64,000 nt of DNA, taken from contig CAVOXA010000010.1 in NCBI GenBank assembly GCA_963700285.1, positions 1,088,001 to 1,152,000 of the forward strand, read 5' to 3'. The DNA is from an uncultured Chloroflexia bacterium. GTDB taxonomy: Bacteria > Chloroflexota > Anaerolineae > JAAYZQ01. The notes beneath the pieces are model-generated. The model was not told the origin of the DNA, did not search any database, and saw only the letters and a program-made list of their open reading frames with translations. Both the position numbers and the translations under genes were made by a program. Positions 50,799 to 60,982 of the stretch are shown here, in pieces (position 1 is the stretch's first letter; each line of letters starts with the position of its first letter).

Positions 50799-53700
50799 CT
50801 ACAGCGGCTCGATCCTCTCCACCAGAATGGTGGCGTCGCCTGCACGGTCTACTTGTACGCGACCCTGGGCCAAGTAAGGCCCCAGTTTCCCCAAGGAGCC
50901 AGGTAGCAGGCCTTTGCCGTCAGGCAACCGCAGACGAAAGACACCTGCTTCATCTTGCAGGCTCAGATGTCCGCGTCGCTCGCCCCAATAACGTAGGCGC
51001 GCTCCAGCAACCATCACTCGCCTGCCCGCGTTTTCAACCAAACAATCGCTGGTGACCAAGCCCCGGGCGGCCAGCGCCTCGGCAAAAGGGGCCAGAGAGT
51101 GGGCACTCACTGGCCAGCCAAGCATTTCTACCTCGAGCGCCAACTTTTCAGCCAGCGTGAATTCCTCCTCAGGCGCCTTGGCCCAGGGCAGTGCCAACTG
51201 AAGGGGGGCGCCCGTCGCCCGTCCCTCCAGCTCGGAGAGCAATGCCTTCCGGCCTGCACCCAGCCCGTCCAATGCACCCACTTTGACCAGGTTCTCGGCC
51301 TCTGCCCTGCGGGGCTTGGCCCGCAGCAACAGGTCCTCCAAAGATCCAAAGGGTCGCCTTTGCCTGGCCTTGAGAATGGCAGAGATCGTTTTTCGCGTTA
51401 GTTCGCGCACCTGCCCCAAACCCATCCACAACAGCGCGCGACCTTCTGGTTCGTGGTCCAGAGCGAACCGCGGCTGGCTGTGATTGATGTGCGGTGGGCG
51501 CAGCTCCAGGCCCATCCGCCGGGCCTCTTCCAGGTAGACATGCTGCGGATAGTAGCCACCCCAGTTGCCCAGTACCGCCGTCATAAACTCGGCGGGGTAG
51601 TGCGCCTTCAGGTAGGCGGTCTGATAGGCTATCGTCGCGTAGCTGGCCGCATGGGCCTTTAGGAATCCATAGCCAGCAAAACTGGCCATCAACTCCCACA
51701 GCCGCCCCGCCACGTCTGGAGGCACCTGGCTGACTTGCCCGACTCTCTGGATGAACTCCTCACGCAGGGGCATCATCTCTTCGCCGTGGCCCAGGTGGGC
51801 GATGGCCCGCCGCAGCCGGTCGGCTTCCCCCAGGCTGAACCCGGCCAGATCGTGGGCGATGCGCAGTACCTGCTCCTGATAGAGTACCACACCGTGGGTA
51901 CTCTCCAGCACCGGCTTCAGGGCGGGATGCAGATAGTGCACCGCCTCCTGTCCCCGGTGGCGGCGTACGAAGGCGTCTTTGAGCCCACCACGCAGTGGAC
52001 CCGGCTTAAAGAGGGCCATGGCCACCGCCAAATCCTCCAGGCAGTGCGCGCCCAACTCGAGCAGGGTACGCCGCATGCCAGGGGATTCCACCTGGAAGCA
52101 GCCGATGGTCTCCGCTCGGGCCAGCAGGTCCCCAGTGGATGGATCACTGCTTGGGATGCTCTCTCGCGAAAAACCCGGCTGGTTGCGTTGGACTAGGCCT
52201 ATGCTCTCGGCGACGACCGTGAGGGCCCGAATGCCCAGCAGATCGATCTTGACCAGGCCCAGGCGCTCAATACTGTGCAGGTCGTATTGGGTGATAATGA
52301 CCCCTTTTGTCGCCAATTGCAGCGGCGCCAGTTCGGTGAGGGGGCGTGGGGCGATGACCACCCCACCTGGATGCAGCGACAAGTGGCGTGGGTGGCCGTC
52401 CAGCGCCCACGCGGCTGCCAGGGCCTCTCGCTCGCGGTCGTCTCGGGCGGCTGCCAGCAGCCGCTCCTGGGCTGCCACAACCTCTGGCCCCATGCCAGGA
52501 TGCCAGAAACGAGGGATCTCTTTCGCCACGGCATCTGTCCGCCTCTGGGGCAGCCGGTAGGCCTTTGCAACCTCGCGCCAGGCTGAACGAGCCCTCAGAC
52601 GGGCATAGGTACAGATGGTCGCTACCCGATCCTGGCCGTAGCGTCGATAGACGTACTGGATCACCTCGTCGCGGCGGCGCGAGCATAGATCCAGGTCGAT
52701 GTCGGGCGGGTCGCGGCGTTCAGGGTTTAGGAATCGCTCAAACTCCAGGCCCAGGGCGAGGGGATCGACCGCCGAGGCGCCCAGACAATAGATCACCAGA
52801 CTTCCGGCCGCCGAGCCCCGCAGATTGATGGGTACACCCTGAGCATGGGCATAGCGCACGATGTCGGCGACGATGAGAAATAGCGGCGTGTAGCCCGCGC
52901 CATCGATAATGGCAATCTCGTGCTCCAGCCGGCCTCGCACAGCCTCGGTCACAGCCCCATAGTGTTTCTCAGCGCCGGCCAGCGACTGAACGCGGAGTTC
53001 TTCCAAGGGGGTCTGGCCGGCGGATAGTGCGATCAGCGGGAATACAGGACGGCCCAGGGGCAGCTCTAGCCGGCAGCGCTCGGCGATAGCCACTGTGTTG
53101 GCCAATGCCTCTGGAAACTGATCAAATGCCGCCTGCATCTTCTCCGGATGGGTCAGATGGAGTCCAGGTCGGGGCGGCGTCCCATCCAGGGGCTGTAGCG
53201 AGCCAATGGCATTGAGCAGTCGGCACTGATCCTCGTCGCCGGGAGTCAGATAGTGGACGTTGTTGGTGGCGATGGTCCTCACCCCCAACCGCCTGGCCAG
53301 ATCGGCCATTCTTGCTGCGAATCTGGAATCGCCGGGGGCCTGGATCTGCAGCTCGACGAAAAAGCTGTCCCGGCCAAACTGCTCAAGCCATGCGGTGGCC
53401 ATCGCTTCCGCCTCGCGAACGCGCCCTGTTCGCATCAGATGAGCCAACCTACCGTGTTTTCCACCGGCGACCGCGACGAGTCCCTCAGTCATGCCCTCTA
53501 ACTCGCTGGCGAGCAGGCCACGCTGCACTGCTACTTCACGATCTGGCCGGGTTTGCAGAGCGCTGGACAGGCGGCAGAGGTTAGCATAGCCTGGCAGATC
53601 CTGGGCCAGCAGTACGAGGCTCGCCCCCGGGCCCGTGGCCAGATCTGCTTCCCGGTGCTTTCGGGCCGGCCCATCAAAGTCCATAGCCAAAGGGACATTG

Positions 53701-53930
53701 GACGATTCCTGGTCCGGCGCCACCGTCAACTCCAGGCCAATGATGGGCCGTATTCCCACCTCTTGGCAGGCGTCGTAGAACTCGATGGCGCCATACAGCG
53801 CGTTATGGTCGGTAAGGGCCAGGGCGGAATAGCCTGCTTTGGCCGCAGCCTGGGCCAACTCTGCCGGGCTGGGACAGCCATCCAACAAGCTATAGTAGGA
53901 ATGCGCGTGCAGATGAACGAAGGTACTCAA
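50799..53930 (-). CDS. dnaE: DNA polymerase III alpha subunit paralogue (short, DnaE2-like)
   Basis: PHP HLHAHSYYSLLDG/TDH, RGSAAGS, FERFLNPERRDPPDIDLD, KIDLLG, YGFLKAHA. 1043 aa, ends after an OB-like region; TTG start overlaps the upstream stop. Confidence 0.9.
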   Translation of the reverse strand: MSTFVHLHAHSYYSLLDGCPSPAELAQAAAKAGYSALALTDHNALYGAIEFYDACQEVGIRPIIGLELTVAPDQESSNVPLAMDFDGPARKHREADLATGPGASLVLLAQDLPGYANLCRLSSALQTRPDREVAVQRGLLASELEGMTEGLVAVAGGKHGRLAHLMRTGRVREAEAMATAWLEQFGRDSFFVELQIQAPGDSRFAARMADLARRLGVRTIATNNVHYLTPGDEDQCRLLNAIGSLQPLDGTPPRPGLHLTHPEKMQAAFDQFPEALANTVAIAERCRLELPLGRPVFPLIALSAGQTPLEELRVQSLAGAEKHYGAVTEAVRGRLEHEIAIIDGAGYTPLFLIVADIVRYAHAQGVPINLRGSAAGSLVIYCLGASAVDPLALGLEFERFLNPERRDPPDIDLDLCSRRRDEVIQYVYRRYGQDRVATICTYARLRARSAWREVAKAYRLPQRRTDAVAKEIPRFWHPGMGPEVVAAQERLLAAARDDREREALAAAWALDGHPRHLSLHPGGVVIAPRPLTELAPLQLATKGVIITQYDLHSIERLGLVKIDLLGIRALTVVAESIGLVQRNQPGFSRESIPSSDPSTGDLLARAETIGCFQVESPGMRRTLLELGAHCLEDLAVAMALFKPGPLRGGLKDAFVRRHRGQEAVHYLHPALKPVLESTHGVVLYQEQVLRIAHDLAGFSLGEADRLRRAIAHLGHGEEMMPLREEFIQRVGQVSQVPPDVAGRLWELMASFAGYGFLKAHAASYATIAYQTAYLKAHYPAEFMTAVLGNWGGYYPQHVYLEEARRMGLELRPPHINHSQPRFALDHEPEGRALLWMGLGQVRELTRKTISAILKARQRRPFGSLEDLLLRAKPRRAEAENLVKVGALDGLGAGRKALLSELEGRATGAPLQLALPWAKAPEEEFTLAEKLALEVEMLGWPVSAHSLAPFAEALAARGLVTSDCLVENAGRRVMVAGARLRYWGERRGHLSLQDEAGVFRLRLPDGKGLLPGSLGKLGPYLAQGRVQVDRAGDATILVERIEPL

Positions 53931-54211
53931 AGGAGTTCAATCTGATATTCCAGCAGTTCGATGTCAGGACGGTTGGTCTCGATCCACTGCACCACCCGCT
54001 CCAACAGGCCGTGGGCATAGCTGGCGCTGCTGGAGACGCAGGCCACGCCCAACACCGCCCGCTGCCAGATATTCTGGGCATCGACTTCGGCGATGGAGAC
54101 GTTGTATTCGCGACCGATGCGGGTGACGATTGATTTGATAACCCTGCGTTTGCCTTTCAGCGAACCGTTGCCCGGCAACCGCAGTTCGATGGTACAGACG
54201 CCGATGTGCAT
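53927..54211 (-). CDS. DUF503 (YlxP-like) protein
   Basis: SLKGKRRVIKS...NVSIAEVD...WQRAVLG. Confidence 0.9.
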   Translation of the reverse strand: MHIGVCTIELRLPGNGSLKGKRRVIKSIVTRIGREYNVSIAEVDAQNIWQRAVLGVACVSSSASYAHGLLERVVQWIETNRPDIELLEYQIELL

Positions 54212-54318
54212 GGTCGTTACTCCTCACTGGGATGCGACCATTGTACCACAGACCGGCGGTAGACAGCAACCCCACCCCGTGGGTCCATGTTGATTCTCGC
54301 TCGCCGGAGGTGTTGTGA

Positions 54319-55143
54319 TCAGGTGTGTTGCGTCCAATCGGGCGCCGCATAACGGCTACGCCTCAGATCGGTGGCCAGGTCTTGCTCGTGCGTGGTCAGC
54401 TTCCCCGGGACCAGTTCCAGATCAAGCGCCTGCGAGAAGCCATCGGCAAGGGCAGATGCGGTCCGCGCGAATGGCACAGGTTGCCCAAGTGATGCTTCCA
54501 GCGTGGTTGCCCGGGTACGAAGGGTCTGCCGCTGCGCCTCACGCTCAGTACCTGGCAGTGCAAGGTAGCTGATGATACGGGTGATATCGCCGCAAAGGGG
54601 CAGGGTTCCGTGCTGCAGTACTCCGCCGCGTGCTCGCCATTGCGCGCTGCCAACCAGCTTGAGTCCCTGTACTGTGATCTCATAGTCGGACGGCGTTTCG
54701 AAACAAACGGCCGAAAGATCCTCAGTTGGCTTGCGTGCGCCCGCCGTCTGTATGGCCTGGACCCCCAACCGTCGCAGTCCAGCCAGCAGCCCCTCGCTCA
54801 ACCTGCGGTAGCTTTCCAAGATTCCGCCTGCCGCGAGCGGATCCGTTTGCAGCAAAGCCACGGAGTAGGTCAGCTCATCCGTGTGGAGGATAGCCCGGCC
54901 CCCGCTGGGACGGCGTACCACGTCTACGGCGGCGGTCTGGCAGGCTGCCAGGTCCACGTCGGCAAAGGGCTGGCCGCGGCCCAGGCTCAGACAGGGGGGC
55001 GACCAGCCATAGAATCTCAGAGTAGGCGGGCTGGCGCCCTCCAAAACGTTGGTCACAACAGCCTCGTCAATGGCCATGTTGGTCGCGCCATCGGCTTGGC
55101 CACCCATGATGAGCCGCCAGGTGCTAGGGGAATAGAATGGCAT
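54319..55143 (-). CDS. Lipoate-protein ligase / octanoyltransferase (LipM/LplA family)
   Basis: NMAIDEA, PTLRFYGW, RRPSGGRAILH, KLVGSAQ, LQHG. Confidence 0.9.
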   Translation of the reverse strand: MPFYSPSTWRLIMGGQADGATNMAIDEAVVTNVLEGASPPTLRFYGWSPPCLSLGRGQPFADVDLAACQTAAVDVVRRPSGGRAILHTDELTYSVALLQTDPLAAGGILESYRRLSEGLLAGLRRLGVQAIQTAGARKPTEDLSAVCFETPSDYEITVQGLKLVGSAQWRARGGVLQHGTLPLCGDITRIISYLALPGTEREAQRQTLRTRATTLEASLGQPVPFARTASALADGFSQALDLELVPGKLTTHEQDLATDLRRSRYAAPDWTQHT

Positions 55144-55146
55144 GTC

Positions 55147-58023
55147 TCAAGATCCTGGGCCACCCTCCATGGCCAACCATCGCTTTGCCGCGCCAGGCAA
55201 GTTGGCCAGGGAGTTGCGTACTCGGGTACACTCGGGCAGGGAGTCGAGGAACATGGGCCCATAGGACTTGGTCAGCACCCGTTTGTCGAGAATGACGACG
55301 GCGCCGCGATCAGTCTTGGTCCGGATCAATCGCCCAAAGCCCTGACGAAAGCGCAAGATCGTCTCCGGGATCGCATACTCGGCAAAGGGGTTGTCGAATG
55401 TCTCGGCTCGGGCGGCAAAAACGGGGTCATCGGGTACGGAGAAGGGCAACCGGGCAATAACCAACACGCTCAGCGCCGGTCCCACTACGTCCACCCCCTC
55501 CCAGAAACTGCGGGTACCCAGCAGCACTGACCTGGGGGTGGTACGAAAGTTCTCCAGCAATTGGGCACGAGAAGAACCCCCACCCTGCTGGTAGACGGAT
55601 ATACCTTCGTCGACCAGAGGGCGGGTGATAGCCCGGCTGGTACCTCGCAATTGATAGTAAGAGGTAAAGAGCACCAGCGTCCGGCCCTGCGTGGCACGGC
55701 ACAGAGCGATCAGTGTCTGCTCTACTGTCTTCTGATAGTGTGATTGGTTGGGCTCTGGAATATCCGTTGGCAGGTAAAGCAGGGTCGAATTCTTGAAATC
55801 AAATGGAGAGCCAACCGCCAATTCATCAGCTTCCCAGGCGTTGAGCCGCTCGCGGATATAGTCAAAGCTGTTGTCCGTGGTGAGTGTGGCCGAGGTTAGG
55901 ATGACGGACTTTTTGGCGTGGAACAGGTACTTTTGAACCAGCGGGCCCACGTGGAGCGGCGCAGCGTGGAGGACAACGTGCTCGTCTCTGGCCGAAACGC
56001 TGGCCCAGTAGATCTCGGCTGCCGAGGGTTCGGCAATGCAGGCATTGAACTGATTCAGCATCTCTTGAAGGCGGCTGAGATAACCCACACAGTCCTGCAC
56101 CGTCCCCTCTAGGTCGGGGATATCATAGCCTTCCAGGTCATCTAGCGTGCCGCACAGTTGCTCCAGGGCATCAATGATGGGCTGCAGTTGTGCCGCCAGG
56201 TCGTCCCATATGATCTCTACGTCGCTCCAGGCGGGCTGGACACGCAGGGCGCTGTTCAGACGCAGACGCTGATCATAGTCGCCGCGCTGGGGGCTGTGCT
56301 CCCGCAAAAAATCACCCAACACGCCAAAGAAAGCATACAGGTTGTTCAACGATGCCTCAACCTGCTGTTGGAGCCGGCGGATGTGACCCTCCATTGCAGC
56401 ATATTCTTGGGGCGCAACGACCCCGCGGCAGCGAGTCAGTACCTCGCCCAGGAACCCGGTGTAGCGCCGGACCCCGACCGGATGGGCCAGCTCATTGAGG
56501 AGCCGCTCCACGGCTCGCTGGTCAGCCCGGAAGCTGAGCTGCCGGGTGACGCTATCCTCAAGGTGGTGCGCCTCGTCCACGATCAAGTAGCGGTACTCGG
56601 GCAGGACACGGTTCTCCACGGCCACGTCAGAGAGGAGCAGGGCGTGGTTGACGATGATGATGTGGGCTCGCTCCGCCGCACGCCGGGCCCGGTAAAAGAA
56701 GCAATGGCCTCGCTCTCGAAAACGGCAGCGCTCCATCGTACAGGTCTCACTCTCAGCCGAGATTCTGCCCCACAGAGCTTGCTCGATAGGGCTGGGCATA
56801 AACAGCTCGCCCCGCTCACCAGTCTGGGTACTGGGGACCCAGACCAATACCTTGGCCAGCATACGCATCTCGTCTCGGGAGCTAACGCCCGCCTTGCGCA
56901 GTCCAGCCAGTCGCCTCTGGCACAGGTAGTTGCTCCGTCCCTTGAGCACCGCTGCACGGAAGTCTAGGTCCATCAGTTTTTGAAGGTCCGGAGTATCCTT
57001 GAGGAAAAGCTGGTCCTGCAGGTTGATGGTATTGGTCGAAATAACCACCCGCTCGTTGTTGAGGTGGGCAAAGGCTATGGCGGGCAACAGGTAGGCAACG
57101 CTCTTGCCCGTACCGGTGCCGGCTTCCACCATCAGATGCTCGCGCTCATTAAAGGCCGTGGTCACGGCGCGCAGCATCTCCACCTGCTGGGACCGGTGCT
57201 CGAAACCGGGAAAGCGCTGGGCAAACAGGCCGCCCTCTTCCAACGTGGCCGCGAGTTGGTCCACATCCACGGCACGGGGCCTGGCGGCAGGGATCAGTTC
57301 CTCTTCATCTTCTTGTACAGTCGCAAAGAGAGGTCCCAGTACCTCGTCGGTCGCATCGAGCTGGGCGGCCAGTTGCTGGCCGATAGCGCCCCGGAAGGTA
57401 GTCTGGGCCTGGGCACGCTCAATGTCGCGGAACACCCCGCCCAGCGCCCAGTCGATGCCATCTGCCAGGCGATTGATCTCTCGAAGCGTACTTCTGGGGA
57501 GTTGGGAGGCAAGTTCCAGAAGCGCCACAAAGAGGTCCTTCGCCGCGGCAGCATCATCAAGGGCGCGGTGGGATGAGGGGTTGGGCGGCAGACCCAGTGC
57601 CTCGCTTAGCTTGCCAAGACTGTAGCGGGCTGCGTGAGGCATCAGGATCCCGGCCAGTTCAAAGGTATCGAGTGCTGGGTTCGGCAGAGGCAAGTCGTGG
57701 CTGCGCAGAAAATCCAGGTCAAAGCTCACGCTGTGACCGACTATGGGATAGCTGCCAACAAAGCGGCGTATCAGGTTCAACACCTGCGAGAAGCGAGGAG
57801 CGTGGTCCACCTCTTCCTGAGTGATGCCGGTCAATTGCTGGATCTGGATGGGGATGGGCCGGCCTGGATTGACAGGGCTGCGCCATTCATCCAGCACCTG
57901 GGACTGGATGGTACCATCGCGGAAAGAGGCGCGGAAACGAATGGCGCCGACCTCCATGATGGCGTCGCGTTTGGGGTCGAGGCCCGTGGTTTCCAGATCC
58001 AGGGCCACGTAGGTTTGATCCAT
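55147..58023 (-). CDS. dinG: DinG-family helicase with N-terminal DEDDh 3'-5' exonuclease
   Basis: LDLETTG/HRALDDA; EAGTGTGKS, KGRSNYLC, DEAH, SATL, FWEGVD, QGFGRLIR. Confidence 0.93.
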   Translation of the reverse strand: MDQTYVALDLETTGLDPKRDAIMEVGAIRFRASFRDGTIQSQVLDEWRSPVNPGRPIPIQIQQLTGITQEEVDHAPRFSQVLNLIRRFVGSYPIVGHSVSFDLDFLRSHDLPLPNPALDTFELAGILMPHAARYSLGKLSEALGLPPNPSSHRALDDAAAAKDLFVALLELASQLPRSTLREINRLADGIDWALGGVFRDIERAQAQTTFRGAIGQQLAAQLDATDEVLGPLFATVQEDEEELIPAARPRAVDVDQLAATLEEGGLFAQRFPGFEHRSQQVEMLRAVTTAFNEREHLMVEAGTGTGKSVAYLLPAIAFAHLNNERVVISTNTINLQDQLFLKDTPDLQKLMDLDFRAAVLKGRSNYLCQRRLAGLRKAGVSSRDEMRMLAKVLVWVPSTQTGERGELFMPSPIEQALWGRISAESETCTMERCRFRERGHCFFYRARRAAERAHIIIVNHALLLSDVAVENRVLPEYRYLIVDEAHHLEDSVTRQLSFRADQRAVERLLNELAHPVGVRRYTGFLGEVLTRCRGVVAPQEYAAMEGHIRRLQQQVEASLNNLYAFFGVLGDFLREHSPQRGDYDQRLRLNSALRVQPAWSDVEIIWDDLAAQLQPIIDALEQLCGTLDDLEGYDIPDLEGTVQDCVGYLSRLQEMLNQFNACIAEPSAAEIYWASVSARDEHVVLHAAPLHVGPLVQKYLFHAKKSVILTSATLTTDNSFDYIRERLNAWEADELAVGSPFDFKNSTLLYLPTDIPEPNQSHYQKTVEQTLIALCRATQGRTLVLFTSYYQLRGTSRAITRPLVDEGISVYQQGGGSSRAQLLENFRTTPRSVLLGTRSFWEGVDVVGPALSVLVIARLPFSVPDDPVFAARAETFDNPFAEYAIPETILRFRQGFGRLIRTKTDRGAVVILDKRVLTKSYGPMFLDSLPECTRVRNSLANLPGAAKRWLAMEGGPGS

Positions 58024-58191
58024 GGGTCTCCATTCTAGGGGAGAGGGCGGTAGAACCGCCGTGCGGTCTCCTTTTCCTCCCGTCCGGGCGATTATACCTC
58101 AGACCGAGGGAAAGCGCAAACAGCTCATCGCGCCAAAGAAGGCGGTGGCTGGGGTGAATCCAAACGGGCTTCTGAGCACTGGGGGTGAGCC

Positions 58192-59466
58192 CTACACCCT
58201 TTTGATCTGTGCCCCCAGCGCCTGCAGTTTGGTTTCGATCTGCTCGTAGCCCCGGTCGATCTGGCCGATGTTCTGAATGACGCTCTGTCCTTGCGCGCAG
58301 AGCGCAGCAATGAGCAGCGCCATGCCCGCTCGGATGTCCGGGCTGTGCAGTATCTCGCCGTGCAGCGACGATGGCCCTACGACCACGGCGCGATGGGGGT
58401 CGCAGAGGATGACGCGTGCGCCCATGGCGATCAGACGATCCACGTAGTAGAGCCGGCTATCGAACATCTTTTCGTGGATCAGCACGGTTCCTCGCGCCTG
58501 AGTAGCTACAACCAGGGCAATGCTCATCAGGTCGGTAGGGAATCCGGGCCAGGGTGCGTCATCGATCTTGGGTACTGCGCCACCCAGGTCATCCACAATG
58601 GTCAGCGGCTGCGACCCTGGCACAAAGATGTTCTCACCTTGCACGAAAAAGTGTACCCCCAACCGCTCAAACACCATACGGATCATGCCCAGGTGCTGCG
58701 GCGCCGCGTTCTCGATGAGGATCTCGCCACCCGTTACCGCGGCCAGGCCGATAAAGCTGCCGACCTCCATGAAATCGGGGCCGATGGTACACTCGCCGCC
58801 CTCCAGACGATCTCGGCCCTGGATATGGAGCACGTTGGAACCGATGCCCTCGATCTGGGCGCCCAAGCTGTTGAGAAAGTGACACAACTCCTGGACGTGC
58901 GGCTCGGAGGCAGCGTTGCGGATCAACGTCTCGCCCTTGGCCAGACAGGCAGCCATGACAGCGTTCTCTGTACCCGTGACGCTCGTCTCGTCCAGCCAGA
59001 TTCCCGCCCCTTGCAGGTTCGTGGCTTGTAGTTCGAGCTTGTCGTTGTACTTGACCCTCGCCCCCAGGCTCCCCAGGGCCGCGAGGTGTGTATCGATGCG
59101 CCGCCTTCCAATGCGGTCACCGCCCGGCAGCGTGAGCGTGACCTGCCCCATGCGGGCCAACATGGGCCCCAGTAGGGTGAGCGAGCCCCGGATCTCGCTG
59201 AATAGATCGGGATCGGGGCAGGTGGAATATATCTGGCTGGCCTGGATCGTCACAGAGTTATCTCCGTGCCATTCTGCCAAAGCTCCGAGATCCTGGAGCA
59301 ACTTTACCATGGTTCGCACGTCGCCGATGTTCGGCAGATTGTGCAGAGTAACCGGCTTGTCGGTGAGCAGGGTGGCGGCCAAAATTGGTAGGGCCGCATT
59401 CTTGTTGCCGCTGGGCACGACGGCGCCGCTTAGGGGGATTCCTCCCTCAATGATGAATTGCTCCAT
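58192..59466 (-). CDS. murA: UDP-N-acetylglucosamine 1-carboxyvinyltransferase
   Basis: [55 protein letters not shown]. Confidence 0.95.
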   Translation of the reverse strand: MEQFIIEGGIPLSGAVVPSGNKNAALPILAATLLTDKPVTLHNLPNIGDVRTMVKLLQDLGALAEWHGDNSVTIQASQIYSTCPDPDLFSEIRGSLTLLGPMLARMGQVTLTLPGGDRIGRRRIDTHLAALGSLGARVKYNDKLELQATNLQGAGIWLDETSVTGTENAVMAACLAKGETLIRNAASEPHVQELCHFLNSLGAQIEGIGSNVLHIQGRDRLEGGECTIGPDFMEVGSFIGLAAVTGGEILIENAAPQHLGMIRMVFERLGVHFFVQGENIFVPGSQPLTIVDDLGGAVPKIDDAPWPGFPTDLMSIALVVATQARGTVLIHEKMFDSRLYYVDRLIAMGARVILCDPHRAVVVGPSSLHGEILHSPDIRAGMALLIAALCAQGQSVIQNIGQIDRGYEQIETKLQALGAQIKRV

Positions 59467-59530
59467 GATGCTCCTCCTGGTATCAAGCCCCGACCATACC
59501 CCTGGAGCTTCCTATGGGTTCCTGGTCATG

Positions 59531-60388
59531 TCAATAAGAATCGCTTGAACTGCCTGTTGTTGGAAATGGCCCGGCAATCACGGTTGGCCCTCTTACCCAT
59601 ATCGGATCGCCAGCATCCACGTCCAATCGTGCCGCCGCGTTCCCATTTCGCACCGCGATCTCCAGATAGCCATCGCTGCCCACGTAGGCCACCAACTCGC
59701 CTGCTTCTACATCGGCAAATGTCCGGCTCAGGCTTCCAATCCGCCCTTTGCCTACCGTGACACAGAATTGGGAATTGGGGACAGCGTATTGAGCGTCGGC
59801 AGCGGGGAGCCGAAAACTGCTCACCAGGTTGCCAAAGTGATCCACGTTGAGGATCTCTCCCTGCCAGGAACCATCCTCTTGTAGCTCGGGCTCAAGAGCG
59901 GGCAGGTCAGCCAGGCCGGCCAAGGGGATCATCTCTCCCATCTCACGGGGGTCGGTGCCACAGGCCAGGTGGGCGGCCGCAGGGGCGAAAATGTCCCGCC
60001 CGTGGAATGTGGCGCTGATCTCAGGTAGGCGAAAGCGCGCTTCCGTGAGGTGGACGGCTGAGGATGCTGGGTCATGGGCCAGAGCCCAACCGAGCACCCC
60101 ATTGTCGGGGGCGACATAGATGGAACGGGCGGTCTGGACGGCAATCGGTCGCCTGGCACTACCTACACCTGGATCCACAACCACCAGGTGCACTGCGTTC
60201 GGCGGAAAGTAGGGCATCGTTTTGCCCAGTATGTAGGCCGCTTGCCGTACGGCCTGGGGGCGGATCTCGTGGGAGACATCCACCAGGGTCGCTTGCGGAC
60301 AGATACCCAGTATAGCGCCCTTCATCACGCCAACATAGCCGTCGGCCTGGCCAAAATCGGTGGTCAAGGTGATGATGGGTCGCGACAT
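59531..60388 (-). CDS. SAM hydroxide adenosyltransferase / chlorinase-fluorinase family (DUF62)
   Basis: ITLTTDFG, VVDPGVG, APDNG, TFHGRDIFAP, VDHFGN, LEIAV. Confidence 0.92.
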   Translation of the reverse strand: MSRPIITLTTDFGQADGYVGVMKGAILGICPQATLVDVSHEIRPQAVRQAAYILGKTMPYFPPNAVHLVVVDPGVGSARRPIAVQTARSIYVAPDNGVLGWALAHDPASSAVHLTEARFRLPEISATFHGRDIFAPAAAHLACGTDPREMGEMIPLAGLADLPALEPELQEDGSWQGEILNVDHFGNLVSSFRLPAADAQYAVPNSQFCVTVGKGRIGSLSRTFADVEAGELVAYVGSDGYLEIAVRNGNAAARLDVDAGDPIWVRGPTVIAGPFPTTGSSSDSY

Positions 60389-60574
60389 GGGCCACCTCCT
60401 GAGGCTATTGTACCGCAGAGCCGCTGGCTCGTCAAGACGGGCAAGGCCACAATTGGCCCACGTTCAACCCTCCTGCAACTCCTCAGTGGAAAGAACGGTG
60501 CGGCCCTGCTGTTTGGCTGGTCACGGAACCGGTCTCAATGCCTGGGAGCCCTTCCAGCAGTGCGTTTGCCTGGG

Positions 60575-60611
60575 AAAACGAAAACAGGCCCCCGCTTGTG
60601 ACAGGGACCTG
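60575..60611 (-). terminator. Intrinsic terminator after tRNA-Lys
   Basis: Minus strand CAGGTCCCTG-TCACAAG-CGGGGGCCTG-TTTTCGTTTT. Confidence 0.75.
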
Positions 60612-60618
60612 CCTTAGG

Positions 60619-60691
<73 letters not shown>

Positions 60692-60982
60692 ACAAAGAGT
60701 AAGTCAAACGCCTCGGATGACACCCATGTGAGTAACTGTGATCCAGGTTCTCAGGCGACCGTGAACCTATTGTAATCAGAAAGGGGGGTCCTGGCAAGTT
60801 TTGGACAAAGTGTTGCAGACCAAATGCTGCCGAGCCCGCTCCAATACCAATCTATACCGATTTCAACCTATCCAACTTTCCTTGTTGTTGTGCGTTGCCC
60901 CGAAATGTGATAGAATGCGCCGGTTAGCGCTCGATATGCCAGGGCGCCGCTGCCCGGGGACGCCGCAGCGAAAGGAGACACC

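Noticed and set aside
59531-60388. Halogenase (fluorinase/chlorinase) biosynthetic cluster
   Set aside because: The context is housekeeping, and the sequence fits the widespread DUF62 SAM hydrolase type (TFHGRD, DHFGN).
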